A stretch of 64,000 bases of DNA, from positions 1 to 64,000 of IMG/VR virus record IMGVR_UViG_3300026189_000002. One strand, 5' to 3'. This DNA comes from a virus. Below the pieces are notes generated by a model that made no database searches, had not been told where the DNA came from, and saw nothing but the letters and a program-made list of their open reading frames with translations. Positions 1 through 10,348 of this stretch are shown piece by piece (positions within the stretch are counted from its first letter, which is position 1; every line of letters begins with the position of its first letter). A program made the position numbers and the translations under genes.

Positions 1-2
1 GA

Positions 3-3000
3 TATGACGAGTCTAGGGGTACTCATCAAGGAAGAATATTCAATTCTACAGGCTTATCTGAGGGGTGGCATCACTTTTTTGTAACTGACGGACCCCGCGA
101 TGGAGGGTCAGCAAACGACGACATAAGAATATTTGTTGATGGAGTGCTTAAAACAACACAAGGCTTTGACTCCGGCACATACGTAGGTTCAGAAAATTTA
201 GAAAGCCCCATAACCATAGGCGGATTAGGTAATGAAGATGAATTGCCAGAGGGTGTAATGATATCTGACATATCAATTTGGAACCAAGAGTTAATAGCGC
301 AAAGTTCTAACGGAGTTTATCATGATCAGCTAGACAGCAGAATAGACGGCTTTTATCAAAGAGTATTATCAGGCCAATTAGACAGTAAGACTACCAGGCT
401 AGAAATACTTCCAGGTGAAAAAGTAACATTCATAAAAAAGAATATTCTAGTTTTTAGATCTGAATCAATTGACCCTTTGTCCGGAGCGACTTTAACTAAC
501 AAAGTATCTTACTTCGTCGATGATATAAAGGTATTTGATGACTCAGAAAATTTGGTATCGTCTGAAATAGTACCTACTAACCAGCAGGCTTTCTTAGACT
601 TAATTTACATGGATTCAGAATCATCTGGATTAAGAGCTGTTGTGCCTAATGAAAATATGGTCACAGATAAATTTTTTATAGAGTTGCCTATAGATGCTGA
701 CGTGATGGTTTCTGAATATCCGCCACTATTTTATACAGGGCCTAAACACGGCTCAGCGGGTAGAGCCGGAAATGCAATTACTTTACAGGCGTACGGAAAC
801 AATGCCGGCGAACTATACGGAGAAGGTGTTTTAAGCTTAGCGACAACGCAGCAATTTTTCGGTGATGAAGTATTTACAGAGGGCGAAAGAATTAAATTAA
901 CCGGCGGTTCTGAAAAAATGAACCACGCAGCTCCAGCTAAAATATTTAAAGACTCTGATGCGCTAATGAATACTGCTAAATTCTTAGGAAATAATGGATT
1001 AGTAAATTTTGCCAGGGTTTCTAATCCTGCTAGTGCGGCTGTCGATGAAGCTAGTGGGGAGACGGACCCAAAATTTACTAACCTAATAAACAAACTAAAT
1101 AAAATTACCGTGACTAATCAAATTTCCATATCTGCAATTTTTTCTCTAGAAGAAGATATGAGCGACGGTGAATATAGAGATATCATTAATATGTCCGATA
1201 ATGACGCCGGCGATGATGGTATAGGCAATGCTTTTCACGAAATAATATCTTTAGGGCTGTTTAAAGAAGCAAATAAGGACCCTCGACTATTTTTCTCTAT
1301 AGCTTTTGAACATGTTAATGTTGGAAGACACGTTAGTAAATTTATTTCTTCTTTTTCTTTGACTAAGCATGTATCTAGCCACACCATTAGAACAGAAAGA
1401 GACAATGACGAATCTATTTCCGGTAAGTTTTATCATGTGTGTGTATCCTATGACGCTAGCTTGATAGACGGAAAAAGGACTAATTTGCCCGTATTCTTAG
1501 TCGACGGAAAAGAATATACAGTAAATGAGTTAAGAGGCTCACTCAGATCTCATCCGGCAGGAACTCCTAACGTAATTAGCAAATTAAACATTGTTCCGCT
1601 AGAAGGCACTTCAATACAGACTATAGAAAATTTCTGTATAGGTAATAATCAACTTGGTACCAACGAGTTCCCAGGTAGAATAGGCGAATCGTTAATTTGG
1701 TCTAAAGCTCTTTCTAGAAACGAGATGCAGAAATTAAGCGCTTATTATAAGGGATTAACTAGTATAAACCCAACAACTACTGGATATAGAGAGCTAGTAG
1801 GTTTTGCAAAAATTGGGTTTACAAAATCAACCAGTGAGCTTTTGTCAAGGCAAAGCGCTGCAGTGATAGATCCCGAAAATGAATTTTTAGGAGATGTCTT
1901 TGATAAAATAGTACCAGTTGATTCAGACAAGTTTATCAAGGTTGAAAACAATAATGTTGCTGAAGATGTTATTAGCGAATCTAGCTATGTAGGCAAAATT
2001 AATTTTAACTTTGAACCAACAATATCGACAGTCAGTAAATTTACTTCGATAATGCCTCTTAGGTCCACAAAAGGAATAGACATAAGTAGTGTAAGCAACG
2101 ATGATTCGTCAAGAGAAAGCTTTCCCATTCCTGCTAAATATAAAGATAACTCCAGTCCAGCCGCAGATGCTATAAGCCCAGATTCTGGAATACTAAGTAA
2201 TCCTTTCGGCGGTGCTTCAGGTACATCTTCTCCTTCAGGAAGACAGTTAGTTAGTTCTATAATAAGCACAGACTTCTCGCTAGAAGATAACTTGATAGCT
2301 ACTCAGTTTGATTCTTTATCCGAAGAAGACAAGAAAGAATATGGCGACATTTTTTCTAGACAAAAAGAGGTTAGAAACAATCAAAGAAGAACTAGCCCTT
2401 ATCTAATAAAGCCTACAGACCGGCTTATTTTTGGTTGGCAGAATCACTCATTTAACCCTACTCACGATTTCTCAGATGCCCGTAAAACAGTTTCAGAAGC
2501 CAGCGAGTTTATTTTAGGTGAGCAAATGTTTGATTTTATAGAATCAATAAAAGTAACGCTGTTTGGATCTAATGTAAGCTCTAGAAAAGAATCTCACGGT
2601 GGAGTAAAAGATAATTTAACCAGCAATTCTTTACATCAAATTGTTGGCGATGATCCGGTTTTAGACCAGTTTGATGTTTCTAACATAGAAATGTTGTCAG
2701 GTTCATACATAGATGCTTTGATGTTCGGAACTATGATTAAAAAAGGAGAAAATGGGCGACCTGTAACTGGCATAAGAGGCAGAAGAGGATCGCTGGCTTC
2801 TCACCATGGAGGACCTACGGGTTCTTTACAAAGAAACATTAAGCACTCGAGTACGGATTTAGTTTATGCAGATACTCAGTTGCCTTATTTTGGTCAAATT
2901 ATAGCTACACTATTTCCTTCTGCGTCCTCTGTAAGAACCGGCTCTGTGACTTTAGAGGGAGACGTAGACTATGGTTCAGGGCTAACTTTTTCTGACGCAA

Positions 3001-4070
3001 ACCCTGCTGCTACTGCTCAAAGAAATATAACATGGCCAAACATATACACTATAGACTTTTACGTATCGATACCGCAGTTTGAATTATTTCCGTATATAGG
3101 GGTACTTGAAAACAGCTTAGATATTAGCTATGTACCGGCAGCAACTTATCAATATTCTCCCGCAGTAGAATTAAAGCAGCCTGATGCTCCAGGAAATTTT
3201 AATGCTGTTGTAGAAAAAACTTCATTGCCGGGATTTGAAACACCTCAAGCTCCAAAGGGTAGAAATAACCCGGGAATGGAAGGGCCTTTTGGAGGGCCAT
3301 CCGGTGGATTTAGTGGATTTCAACCATTTTCAGATCCAACTCTAGTAGGGATATTCCCTCAATCTGATGCGGATTTTTTAATTGTCGATTTTAATAATCC
3401 AGAAAGAAAAGCAAAGAGAATGTCAAATCTCGAGGGAACAATTTCTAGATTAGGAACTGCTGATACAAATCAAATTTTAGCCGCTCCTATGTTTAGACAG
3501 TTTACAACACAAGAAAATTTATTTGGAGTAAAGAACTTTGATGACGATTCTTTAACGACAGTCGGTTCTTCTGAACCTCTATCAATTACAGCAACTGAAA
3601 AATCTAAAATAGCTCTTTCTAAATTTTCTTTCGGCATATCTGCAGGGAGGCAGAGAATACTTTATTCTGGTTTACCCGCGATCCCTGTTTCTTCCAGCTT
3701 TTTTGTGCCGCAGCCTAGAGGTTTTAAATACGGAGTTATGAATACTCCTCCATTAAGGCCTTTTAATATTTACAGAAGAGACAGATATGGACAATTTAGA
3801 GATATGCTTGAACAGCACCCAGAAACTCATTTTAACAGAGATAGCGGCAGATCAAAGGTTATACCTTCGGTAATAATAAACTACGTTTCTAGAGAAGGCG
3901 AAGCAAGAGTAGATCCAGAATCTACAAACACACAAAACTTATCAATATTTGCAACTTCATCGCGTCCTTATTCAGATGGAGATATAGGAATAGACAGAAT
4001 AACTACTCAACCAGATCTATTAGATCAAATAGATATTCAGCTGGAAGCTGATGCTGTGCTGGATGAATAG
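3..4070 (+). CDS. Large virion (tail/baseplate) protein with LamG/concanavalin-like domains; 5'-truncated by the window edge
   Basis: The frame is open from position 3 (YDESRG...WHHFFVTDGP...IRIFVDG), upstream of the listed GTG at 144. LamG hallmarks: WHHF..T, IFVDG, ISDISIWNQEL, FYHVCVSYD, FPGRIGESLIWSKALS. Confidence 0.7.
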   Translation, partial: YDESRGTHQGRIFNSTGLSEGWHHFFVTDGPRDGGSANDDIRIFVDGVLKTTQGFDSGTYVGSENLESPITIGGLGNEDELPEGVMISDISIWNQELIAQSSNGVYHDQLDSRIDGFYQRVLSGQLDSKTTRLEILPGEKVTFIKKNILVFRSESIDPLSGATLTNKVSYFVDDIKVFDDSENLVSSEIVPTNQQAFLDLIYMDSESSGLRAVVPNENMVTDKFFIELPIDADVMVSEYPPLFYTGPKHGSAGRAGNAITLQAYGNNAGELYGEGVLSLATTQQFFGDEVFTEGERIKLTGGSEKMNHAAPAKIFKDSDALMNTAKFLGNNGLVNFARVSNPASAAVDEASGETDPKFTNLINKLNKITVTNQISISAIFSLEEDMSDGEYRDIINMSDNDAGDDGIGNAFHEIISLGLFKEANKDPRLFFSIAFEHVNVGRHVSKFISSFSLTKHVSSHTIRTERDNDESISGKFYHVCVSYDASLIDGKRTNLPVFLVDGKEYTVNELRGSLRSHPAGTPNVISKLNIVPLEGTSIQTIENFCIGNNQLGTNEFPGRIGESLIWSKALSRNEMQKLSAYYKGLTSINPTTTGYRELVGFAKIGFTKSTSELLSRQSAAVIDPENEFLGDVFDKIVPVDSDKFIKVENNNVAEDVISESSYVGKINFNFEPTISTVSKFTSIMPLRSTKGIDISSVSNDDSSRESFPIPAKYKDNSSPAADAISPDSGILSNPFGGASGTSSPSGRQLVSSIISTDFSLEDNLIATQFDSLSEEDKKEYGDIFSRQKEVRNNQRRTSPYLIKPTDRLIFGWQNHSFNPTHDFSDARKTVSEASEFILGEQMFDFIESIKVTLFGSNVSSRKESHGGVKDNLTSNSLHQIVGDDPVLDQFDVSNIEMLSGSYIDALMFGTMIKKGENGRPVTGIRGRRGSLASHHGGPTGSLQRNIKHSSTDLVYADTQLPYFGQIIATLFPSASSVRTGSVTLEGDVDYGSGLTFSDANPAATAQRNITWPNIYTIDFYVSIPQFELFPYIGVLENSLDISYVPAATYQYSPAVELKQPDAPGNFNAVVEKTSLPGFETPQAPKGRNNPGMEGPFGGPSGGFSGFQPFSDPTLVGIFPQSDADFLIVDFNNPERKAKRMSNLEGTISRLGTADTNQILAAPMFRQFTTQENLFGVKNFDDDSLTTVGSSEPLSITATEKSKIALSKFSFGISAGRQRILYSGLPAIPVSSSFFVPQPRGFKYGVMNTPPLRPFNIYRRDRYGQFRDMLEQHPETHFNRDSGRSKVIPSVIINYVSREGEARVDPESTNTQNLSIFATSSRPYSDGDIGIDRITTQPDLLDQIDIQLEADAVLDE

Positions 4071-4072
4071 TC

Positions 4073-7000
4073 ATGACCAAAAAAGTAAAACCGGAAAAGT
4101 ATAAGGACATACCTGCTGCGATAATAAGAAATCGTAGTAAGCAGCAGGTAGACACCGTATTTTTTCCAAACAGCGTCGTTGTAAAACCTAAACTTAAAGT
4201 AATAGGTGTTCTGCAAACTACAGAAATATTAAACGCCGGCGAAGTTCGTGAAGCTGGAGTTCCTATAACTCCAGCTAGCTTTTTGTTTACTCCTGGTGTA
4301 ATGTTGATAAAGGCTAATTCACAGTCTGTTGCTAGCCCTGATAGAAATACTGATTTTATAGACTTAGCGACAGCTTACGGTTTTAATAGAGAAGTAGATT
4401 TTTTGGGATATGGAAATTTAGAAAGCCACCTAAATACATCTTTTACTTATGTTAATGTTATAAATCAGATTACGGCTAGTGCGAACAGCGGAAAGCCTTT
4501 ATACATTGGAACTCCTTTAGATACAGATGGAAAAGTTTTAAACATTACGGGTTCAAGCGGTTCAATATCTTTTTATACAGAAACTAGTGCAAACCGTGCA
4601 AATAATTTAGACCCGGATAAATACCTGGCTTTAAAACTAGAATTTGAAAAAAATAATTCTGATGATGTAACTTATAGATGCTTGTTTTTGAGCCAATACC
4701 TAAGTAAATCTGATTCTACTGAACACCAAACCGGCGTCAGGCCTTTACCTCAAGTAAATGGAGAAAATATACAAGAGCAGCTGAGATCTATAAATCTATC
4801 TAACCCTTTTATTATAAAAGGCAAATCACAAACCGTTAGAATAAACCGTGCCTTTACAGTAAAAAAGCTAGAGCCTGGAGATAAAGGCGAGACTGGAGGT
4901 CCAGGAGATGAAGGGCCGCAAGGACCTCCTGGACCAGCAATCGATGTAAATGTAGATATAAGTCCTGAGCCTCTTACTTTAATTTCTGATCAATCAGGAG
5001 TAGTAACTCTATCTAATGCAGATTTTGTTACTTTGACAGTTGATATTTCAGGTAGCCATGCACAATATGATCAACCTACTTCAGATCTTGAGTCTAAAAA
5101 CCCGTCGGCAGACTTAAAATATAGTATCGCTGTCTTAGATTCTAAAGCATTATTTTCAGATAAAGACGGCTCGACTCATGAGATAGACCATGATTCAGCA
5201 AACAGCCCCAATGTTATAGATGGTAACAATAAAAACCCAATAGTTTTTCACAATAACGAAGAAGATAGACTAAAGCTGTTAGTGTCTAGTGATGCAGAAA
5301 ATAATGCTAAAATACTAGTAGATTTAGCATCTCAGTTTATTGATGTAAATAAAATATGGACTAAGTGTAAAGTAGACTTAGATCTATATATAAATAGAGA
5401 CGGAGCAATACCTGATCTTCCTGGCCGTCATTTATCTTTTGAAATAGTAAAAAACATACCTATAGCTCCAATCGACGTTTCATTCACAAATCCAGATATC
5501 GTAATAGTTACTAGTTCAGAAGGTGGTCATCCAGATACAAATAAACAGATGGATAACGGTAACGACACCGGATCTTCTAACCTAGATGACAATATTCCGG
5601 TAACAGCTTTTACAAAAGTCACTGCAAAAGCAGGCCAAGTAGACTTAGCTTTTTACGGACACTGCCAAAGTGAAACTGATATAGACGTAGACTCCTATGC
5701 AATTGTTTCTAACGAAATTGTCGCGACAACCGACAATGGAACAGTTATGGGTCCTGGAGAAGTCGGGGATACTTTGGTGGCAGCTAGAACAACTTATGTC
5801 GACAGTACTGATTCTTCAGTTGGGGATAAAAGTTTTTTTATACAGGTCAGAAACATAAATGGCAATTTAAGACTAATATTAAAAGTAACAGAAGAAGATT
5901 CAGACGCAAAACTTCAAGTTTGGCTTTTAGATATATACGAAGATAACTCTAATACTACCTTCAATAATATTACATTAGAAGTACCTGTAAGAATAAATAA
6001 TGCCGGCACTATAACTACAGAAAATAAAACGCTGGTTGTTTCAAAACAAAAAAATCCTGAAGATCTAATAAGTGTAAATTTGTCTAGAGAAACAATAAGC
6101 ATTAGTACTGATTATTTAGGAAGACACCCTACCACTGGCCTTCAGTATGATAGCTATCCAGCGGGTTCGGAGAGGCTTTTGCCTGCTGCGGCTTTTACTA
6201 AAATAGAGGTTACGTCAGGAAATGAAAATTTAGCTTTTGGCGGTCATAATATACCGGATAACGAAGATAATGATACAGAACTAAACACTTATCAAATAAT
6301 TTCTAGCGAAACCGTATACAAAACTCAAGGCCCACCTAGATCAGATGGTTCTAACGGAACTCTTGAAGAAAGAACTTTGCCGATAACACAATTAAGGACA
6401 ATCTCAGTTTACCCAAATGGAGGCTCCGGAAATCCCAAAAATGACTCAGACATAATAGGATTTAAAGATTACCACATCTGGGGACGCAATGCTACATCAG
6501 CACAAAATGCAGTTTTTGGACTACACGTTTCTGAAGATTCAGGAAGCGCAAAACTTTCTGTTTCTTTATTAGATTATACCGACGGTACCGAAAACGCAGC
6601 TGATATTTCAGAATCAGAGCTATTTAACAGCGTAGATGTTGAATTAACAATAAGAGTAAATTCCAAAGGGATTATTAAAAACTTTACAAAAACTTTTACG
6701 GTAGAGAAAAATAAGTCCGGACCTCCTTCGGTATCAGTTGGGTTTTCCAAAGAAACTATAAACGTAGAATCTGATTTCTTGGGAAGAAATCCAGATAATC
6801 CTAACGCATCTAGTAGCGCAAGTTGGACAGATACTCATTTTACAGAAAATCATAGCACAATAGTAGATGTAAAAGCTGGTAGCGATAAACTAACGTGGAA
6901 TGGAGACCAAAATAGTGAAAACCCTGATAACCCAGATGAAAACACCTTTGTTATAGATTGGCATAATATAACAGGTACCACAAATAACGGAACAGTCTTA

Positions 7001-9331
7001 AAGTACGCAGGAAGTGGAGGCTGGCATGCCACTGATATCGATAAAAATTACTCTGTTTTCATAGGTCAAAGCGACGGTTATATAGCATCTCTAAAGATAG
7101 AAGAAGATAATGGTAGTCCAAAGATATCAATGGAGCAATTAGGTCAATTTGAAGATACTACCGAAGAATGGGAAATTTCAAGTACCGTCATTACTAGATT
7201 TGATTCCATAACAATAGAAATACCTTTTATATCAACCGTTGGCGGAATTACTAGCACCACAACGAAATCTTTAGAAATCGTAAAAAATAAATTAGATCTA
7301 GAAGATGTTACGGCAACAGTTACTAGAAGTACCATAAACGTAAGCACAAATCACCACGGAGGAACTCAATCAGAAGCTTTAGGAAACCTATTGTCTGAAG
7401 GAGGATTGTTAAGATCATCGACCACGGGAAACAATTCAGCTGCCGGCTTTAACACTTATACCGGAATACCTTTGTCGGCGTTTACACAAATAAAAGTAAA
7501 AACCCCTTCTTTGGATTTACCTTTTGAAGGCCTAGGAGATTCTGATAATCTTCCTGACGAAAATACATTTAGAATCAACAAATCTACTATAACAATAGCT
7601 ACTGATAACGGTGTTGAGTTTTCCGGCTTGTTTGGTATCGCGCCACAACCTCATATAAGATTTACCGACGGCGCTGTCAACGACCCCGTATTTGGTGATA
7701 AAGATTTTGATTTCACGGGACGAAATACAGAGAGAACCATCATCGGTTTTGATGTTGACGAAGTAGAAAACAGCGCAAAAATTAGATTAGAGTATCTTCA
7801 CTGCCTAACAGATAAAACCGACATCAACACTAACAACTCTAAGTTTGACACAGCAACCGTAAATATAGAATTATTAATAAACAACATGGGGATTCAAACA
7901 ACTGAAACCGTTAGTTTCGATGTAGTAAAAATAAAAGACCCAATGCCTTCTCCTTCTGTAACGGTAGAGCCGGCCTCTGTTTCGCTAAGCGCAAACCATG
8001 AGGGCGTAGTATCAGACTATTCGCCAGGGGTAACTGCTATAAATGCTTATGCCGGAAATACTCAATTAGAACTCAATGCATCACCTTCTTGCGTTCAAGA
8101 TTCTTATAAAAGACACAGCAAACCCCAAGTTAATATAGAAGCAGGCACCATGGATGTCACTTCTGATAATAAAACATCGACTATGTCTGCCCCTAGTAAC
8201 ATGACTGCAAATACAGCGTCAATAACATTTCCTATTACTTGTAGAATAGGCGGTGAAGATACTCGTATAGAAAAAATACAAACATATTCAAAAACTATAA
8301 ATGGTGAAGATGGCGAACCCGGACAACCGGGTGAACCTGGTGAGACGGCACCGGGATTTCTTCTTTTAGACCTCAGTTCCTCTTCCGTCGTCTTCACCAG
8401 TTCGAATCATACGATTGCCAGCCCTTCATTTGTTACTGCAACTATAATTCAGTTTAACCAATCTGCAAACCTTGCGTCTAGTGATGTTACCCTAACTGGC
8501 GGCACCATATTAAACTTTTCTAAAGTGTATGATCCGAGAGTTGGTACCGGGAGATATACTTTCCGCATCAATCTCCCAGTGGGCCAGAATAATTTTCCAG
8601 TTACTGCAACGGTTGAAAAGAGTGGACTATCGTCGTCAAAAACTGTCGGAAAGGTAGTTAACGGCGATGACGGCGAAACACCCCCGGAGACACTTACAAA
8701 GGGATTTGTATTTTCTTTGAACTTCAATAATCTCAAATTCGAAGATCCACAGCAAGTCGCCAACTTGCCTATTACTTTTATACTTAAAAAATCTGGAAAC
8801 GCAGGCCAAGAACCGGGTTTTGAAATTCCTGGAAGCGTTGTTCAAGCGCACAACGAACGCATGCTCGTAGGCGAAGAGCTTCCCACTACGATCGGCAACG
8901 AAAGTAATGTTCCTTATAGAAGCCAAATTATGTGGTCGCCTGCAGAAAATATTAAAATAAAAAGTTATAATATACAAGCTAGTACAGATGCCAACGTCTC
9001 TGGGTTTAAATATAGAAGTTCTTTGTTTTTTAGTATCGCGAATCTCCTAGGAGAAGGAGGAGACGAATCTCCAGATATATCCCCGGACACCGGATATTTT
9101 CAGAGAAGTGGAACCGGCAATAATTTAGGCCTAGGCAATAATTTTAATGTCAGTCGAAAGTCTTTTGATTCGGTCATGACCGATTCAAAATCAGGCATAA
9201 ACTTAGACGTAGGTCCCAATGAAGACCGATCTCATTTAGGATTTGCCTTCGTACTTATTCCTACGGCTGCAATAAATGACATGCAAGGGGCATCAATACA
9301 CTTTTTTGTGAATATACAATATACAACTTAG
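4073..9331 (+). CDS. Tail fiber/adhesin-like protein with collagen-like triplets and internal beta-rich repeats
   Basis: 1752 aa. Gly-X-Y runs at 4877-4939 (GDKGETGGPGDEGPQGPPGPA) and 8303-8347 (GEDGEPGQPGEPGET). About six internal repeats end in (S/T)(F/L)x(I/V)xKxK. Confidence 0.65.
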   Translation: MTKKVKPEKYKDIPAAIIRNRSKQQVDTVFFPNSVVVKPKLKVIGVLQTTEILNAGEVREAGVPITPASFLFTPGVMLIKANSQSVASPDRNTDFIDLATAYGFNREVDFLGYGNLESHLNTSFTYVNVINQITASANSGKPLYIGTPLDTDGKVLNITGSSGSISFYTETSANRANNLDPDKYLALKLEFEKNNSDDVTYRCLFLSQYLSKSDSTEHQTGVRPLPQVNGENIQEQLRSINLSNPFIIKGKSQTVRINRAFTVKKLEPGDKGETGGPGDEGPQGPPGPAIDVNVDISPEPLTLISDQSGVVTLSNADFVTLTVDISGSHAQYDQPTSDLESKNPSADLKYSIAVLDSKALFSDKDGSTHEIDHDSANSPNVIDGNNKNPIVFHNNEEDRLKLLVSSDAENNAKILVDLASQFIDVNKIWTKCKVDLDLYINRDGAIPDLPGRHLSFEIVKNIPIAPIDVSFTNPDIVIVTSSEGGHPDTNKQMDNGNDTGSSNLDDNIPVTAFTKVTAKAGQVDLAFYGHCQSETDIDVDSYAIVSNEIVATTDNGTVMGPGEVGDTLVAARTTYVDSTDSSVGDKSFFIQVRNINGNLRLILKVTEEDSDAKLQVWLLDIYEDNSNTTFNNITLEVPVRINNAGTITTENKTLVVSKQKNPEDLISVNLSRETISISTDYLGRHPTTGLQYDSYPAGSERLLPAAAFTKIEVTSGNENLAFGGHNIPDNEDNDTELNTYQIISSETVYKTQGPPRSDGSNGTLEERTLPITQLRTISVYPNGGSGNPKNDSDIIGFKDYHIWGRNATSAQNAVFGLHVSEDSGSAKLSVSLLDYTDGTENAADISESELFNSVDVELTIRVNSKGIIKNFTKTFTVEKNKSGPPSVSVGFSKETINVESDFLGRNPDNPNASSSASWTDTHFTENHSTIVDVKAGSDKLTWNGDQNSENPDNPDENTFVIDWHNITGTTNNGTVLKYAGSGGWHATDIDKNYSVFIGQSDGYIASLKIEEDNGSPKISMEQLGQFEDTTEEWEISSTVITRFDSITIEIPFISTVGGITSTTTKSLEIVKNKLDLEDVTATVTRSTINVSTNHHGGTQSEALGNLLSEGGLLRSSTTGNNSAAGFNTYTGIPLSAFTQIKVKTPSLDLPFEGLGDSDNLPDENTFRINKSTITIATDNGVEFSGLFGIAPQPHIRFTDGAVNDPVFGDKDFDFTGRNTERTIIGFDVDEVENSAKIRLEYLHCLTDKTDINTNNSKFDTATVNIELLINNMGIQTTETVSFDVVKIKDPMPSPSVTVEPASVSLSANHEGVVSDYSPGVTAINAYAGNTQLELNASPSCVQDSYKRHSKPQVNIEAGTMDVTSDNKTSTMSAPSNMTANTASITFPITCRIGGEDTRIEKIQTYSKTINGEDGEPGQPGEPGETAPGFLLLDLSSSSVVFTSSNHTIASPSFVTATIIQFNQSANLASSDVTLTGGTILNFSKVYDPRVGTGRYTFRINLPVGQNNFPVTATVEKSGLSSSKTVGKVVNGDDGETPPETLTKGFVFSLNFNNLKFEDPQQVANLPITFILKKSGNAGQEPGFEIPGSVVQAHNERMLVGEELPTTIGNESNVPYRSQIMWSPAENIKIKSYNIQASTDANVSGFKYRSSLFFSIANLLGEGGDESPDISPDTGYFQRSGTGNNLGLGNNFNVSRKSFDSVMTDSKSGINLDVGPNEDRSHLGFAFVLIPTAAINDMQGASIHFFVNIQYTT
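4940..8300 (+). repeat. About six tandem diverged protein repeats (roughly 120-220 aa) inside the fiber gene
   Basis: Repeat starts: IDVNVDISPEPLTL, IDVSFTNPDIVIVTS, ISVNLSRETISISTD, VSVGFSKETINVESD, VTATVTRSTINVSTN, SVTVEPASVSLSAN. Shared internal motifs include AFT(K/Q)(I/V)xV, LxFxG, DENTF, SAK and INNxG. Confidence 0.7.
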
Positions 9332-9367
9332 GATAAATCGAAAGAAAGATTTGTATAATTAAATAAC

Positions 9368-10348
9368 ATGGCAGGAATACTAAACAATAAAGAGCGCATA
9401 ATGGATTTGCTGGTTACTAAAGAAGGCCGTCGACAAGCGGCCTATGGTCAGCTTAGAGTTCAATATGCAACATTTACAGACCATCATACTTTTTATCACG
9501 CTAGTGGATCAGAAGGGGTTGCAGAAGATGCTACCAATAGAATATTTTTTGAGGCCTCTAGCCGCTATCAGGACGTCATAGTACCCGAGCTTGAACCTGG
9601 TACAACATCTACAAGCCAACCATTCAGAACAGAAGATTTCAGAGTCTCAGGCAAGTCTGTTGCATCTGGAACATTTAGATTAGGGGTAAGCTCTATAGGT
9701 CCGATTGTGTTAACCGGTTCAGAATTAGCAGAAGGTACCGGTAGAATGCTTCAGGGAGTAACTAAAAATTTTACTGACCAAAGAATAATAGGTACAGAAG
9801 ATCCATTTTCTTCTACTAGCGGATTTAAAATATCCCAGCCGCTAACTGGAACATTTAATCTACATAACTATACAAAATACAACGAGGCACCAGCTGGACC
9901 CCCAGGTTCTAGAGGATCAGAAACAATAAACGTAGATACTAGCTTGTCCATGTTTCAAGATGTAAAACTTTCTCATCTTCCAAACTTTAAGTTTTTACCT
10001 CCGGTTAATAGATCTACCGATGGCGGACAAACTGCTGTTCCGTTGGGCGTTTACCCTCAGCTAGATGACCACTATATTATGAATTACAGTGATTTAGAGG
10101 ATCACTTAGAAGGAAAAGAATATTTCGAAATAGAGTTTGAAGAAACCTCGAGGGATAATAATTTAATAGCACAAGCTTTTGAGTTTTCTAATACTGATAT
10201 AGAAAAATTATCCATAATAGATTTTGGAGTATTTCCAGATAATGATCCTTTTAGTCCGGATAAACATGTTTATTTTATAGGCAAAGTAAGAAGAGATTCT
10301 TCTGGTACAGATACTTTTATAAACTTATTTACAGTGGTTTTTGATTAA
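9368..10348 (+). CDS. Putative baseplate/tail structural protein (D..(V/L)T.EGRR N-terminal motif)
   Basis: N-terminus IMDLLVTKEGRRQAA parallels IDAVLTDEGRRLLA in 18675..19391. Lies in the structural cluster. Confidence 0.5.
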   Translation: MAGILNNKERIMDLLVTKEGRRQAAYGQLRVQYATFTDHHTFYHASGSEGVAEDATNRIFFEASSRYQDVIVPELEPGTTSTSQPFRTEDFRVSGKSVASGTFRLGVSSIGPIVLTGSELAEGTGRMLQGVTKNFTDQRIIGTEDPFSSTSGFKISQPLTGTFNLHNYTKYNEAPAGPPGSRGSETINVDTSLSMFQDVKLSHLPNFKFLPPVNRSTDGGQTAVPLGVYPQLDDHYIMNYSDLEDHLEGKEYFEIEFEETSRDNNLIAQAFEFSNTDIEKLSIIDFGVFPDNDPFSPDKHVYFIGKVRRDSSGTDTFINLFTVVFD

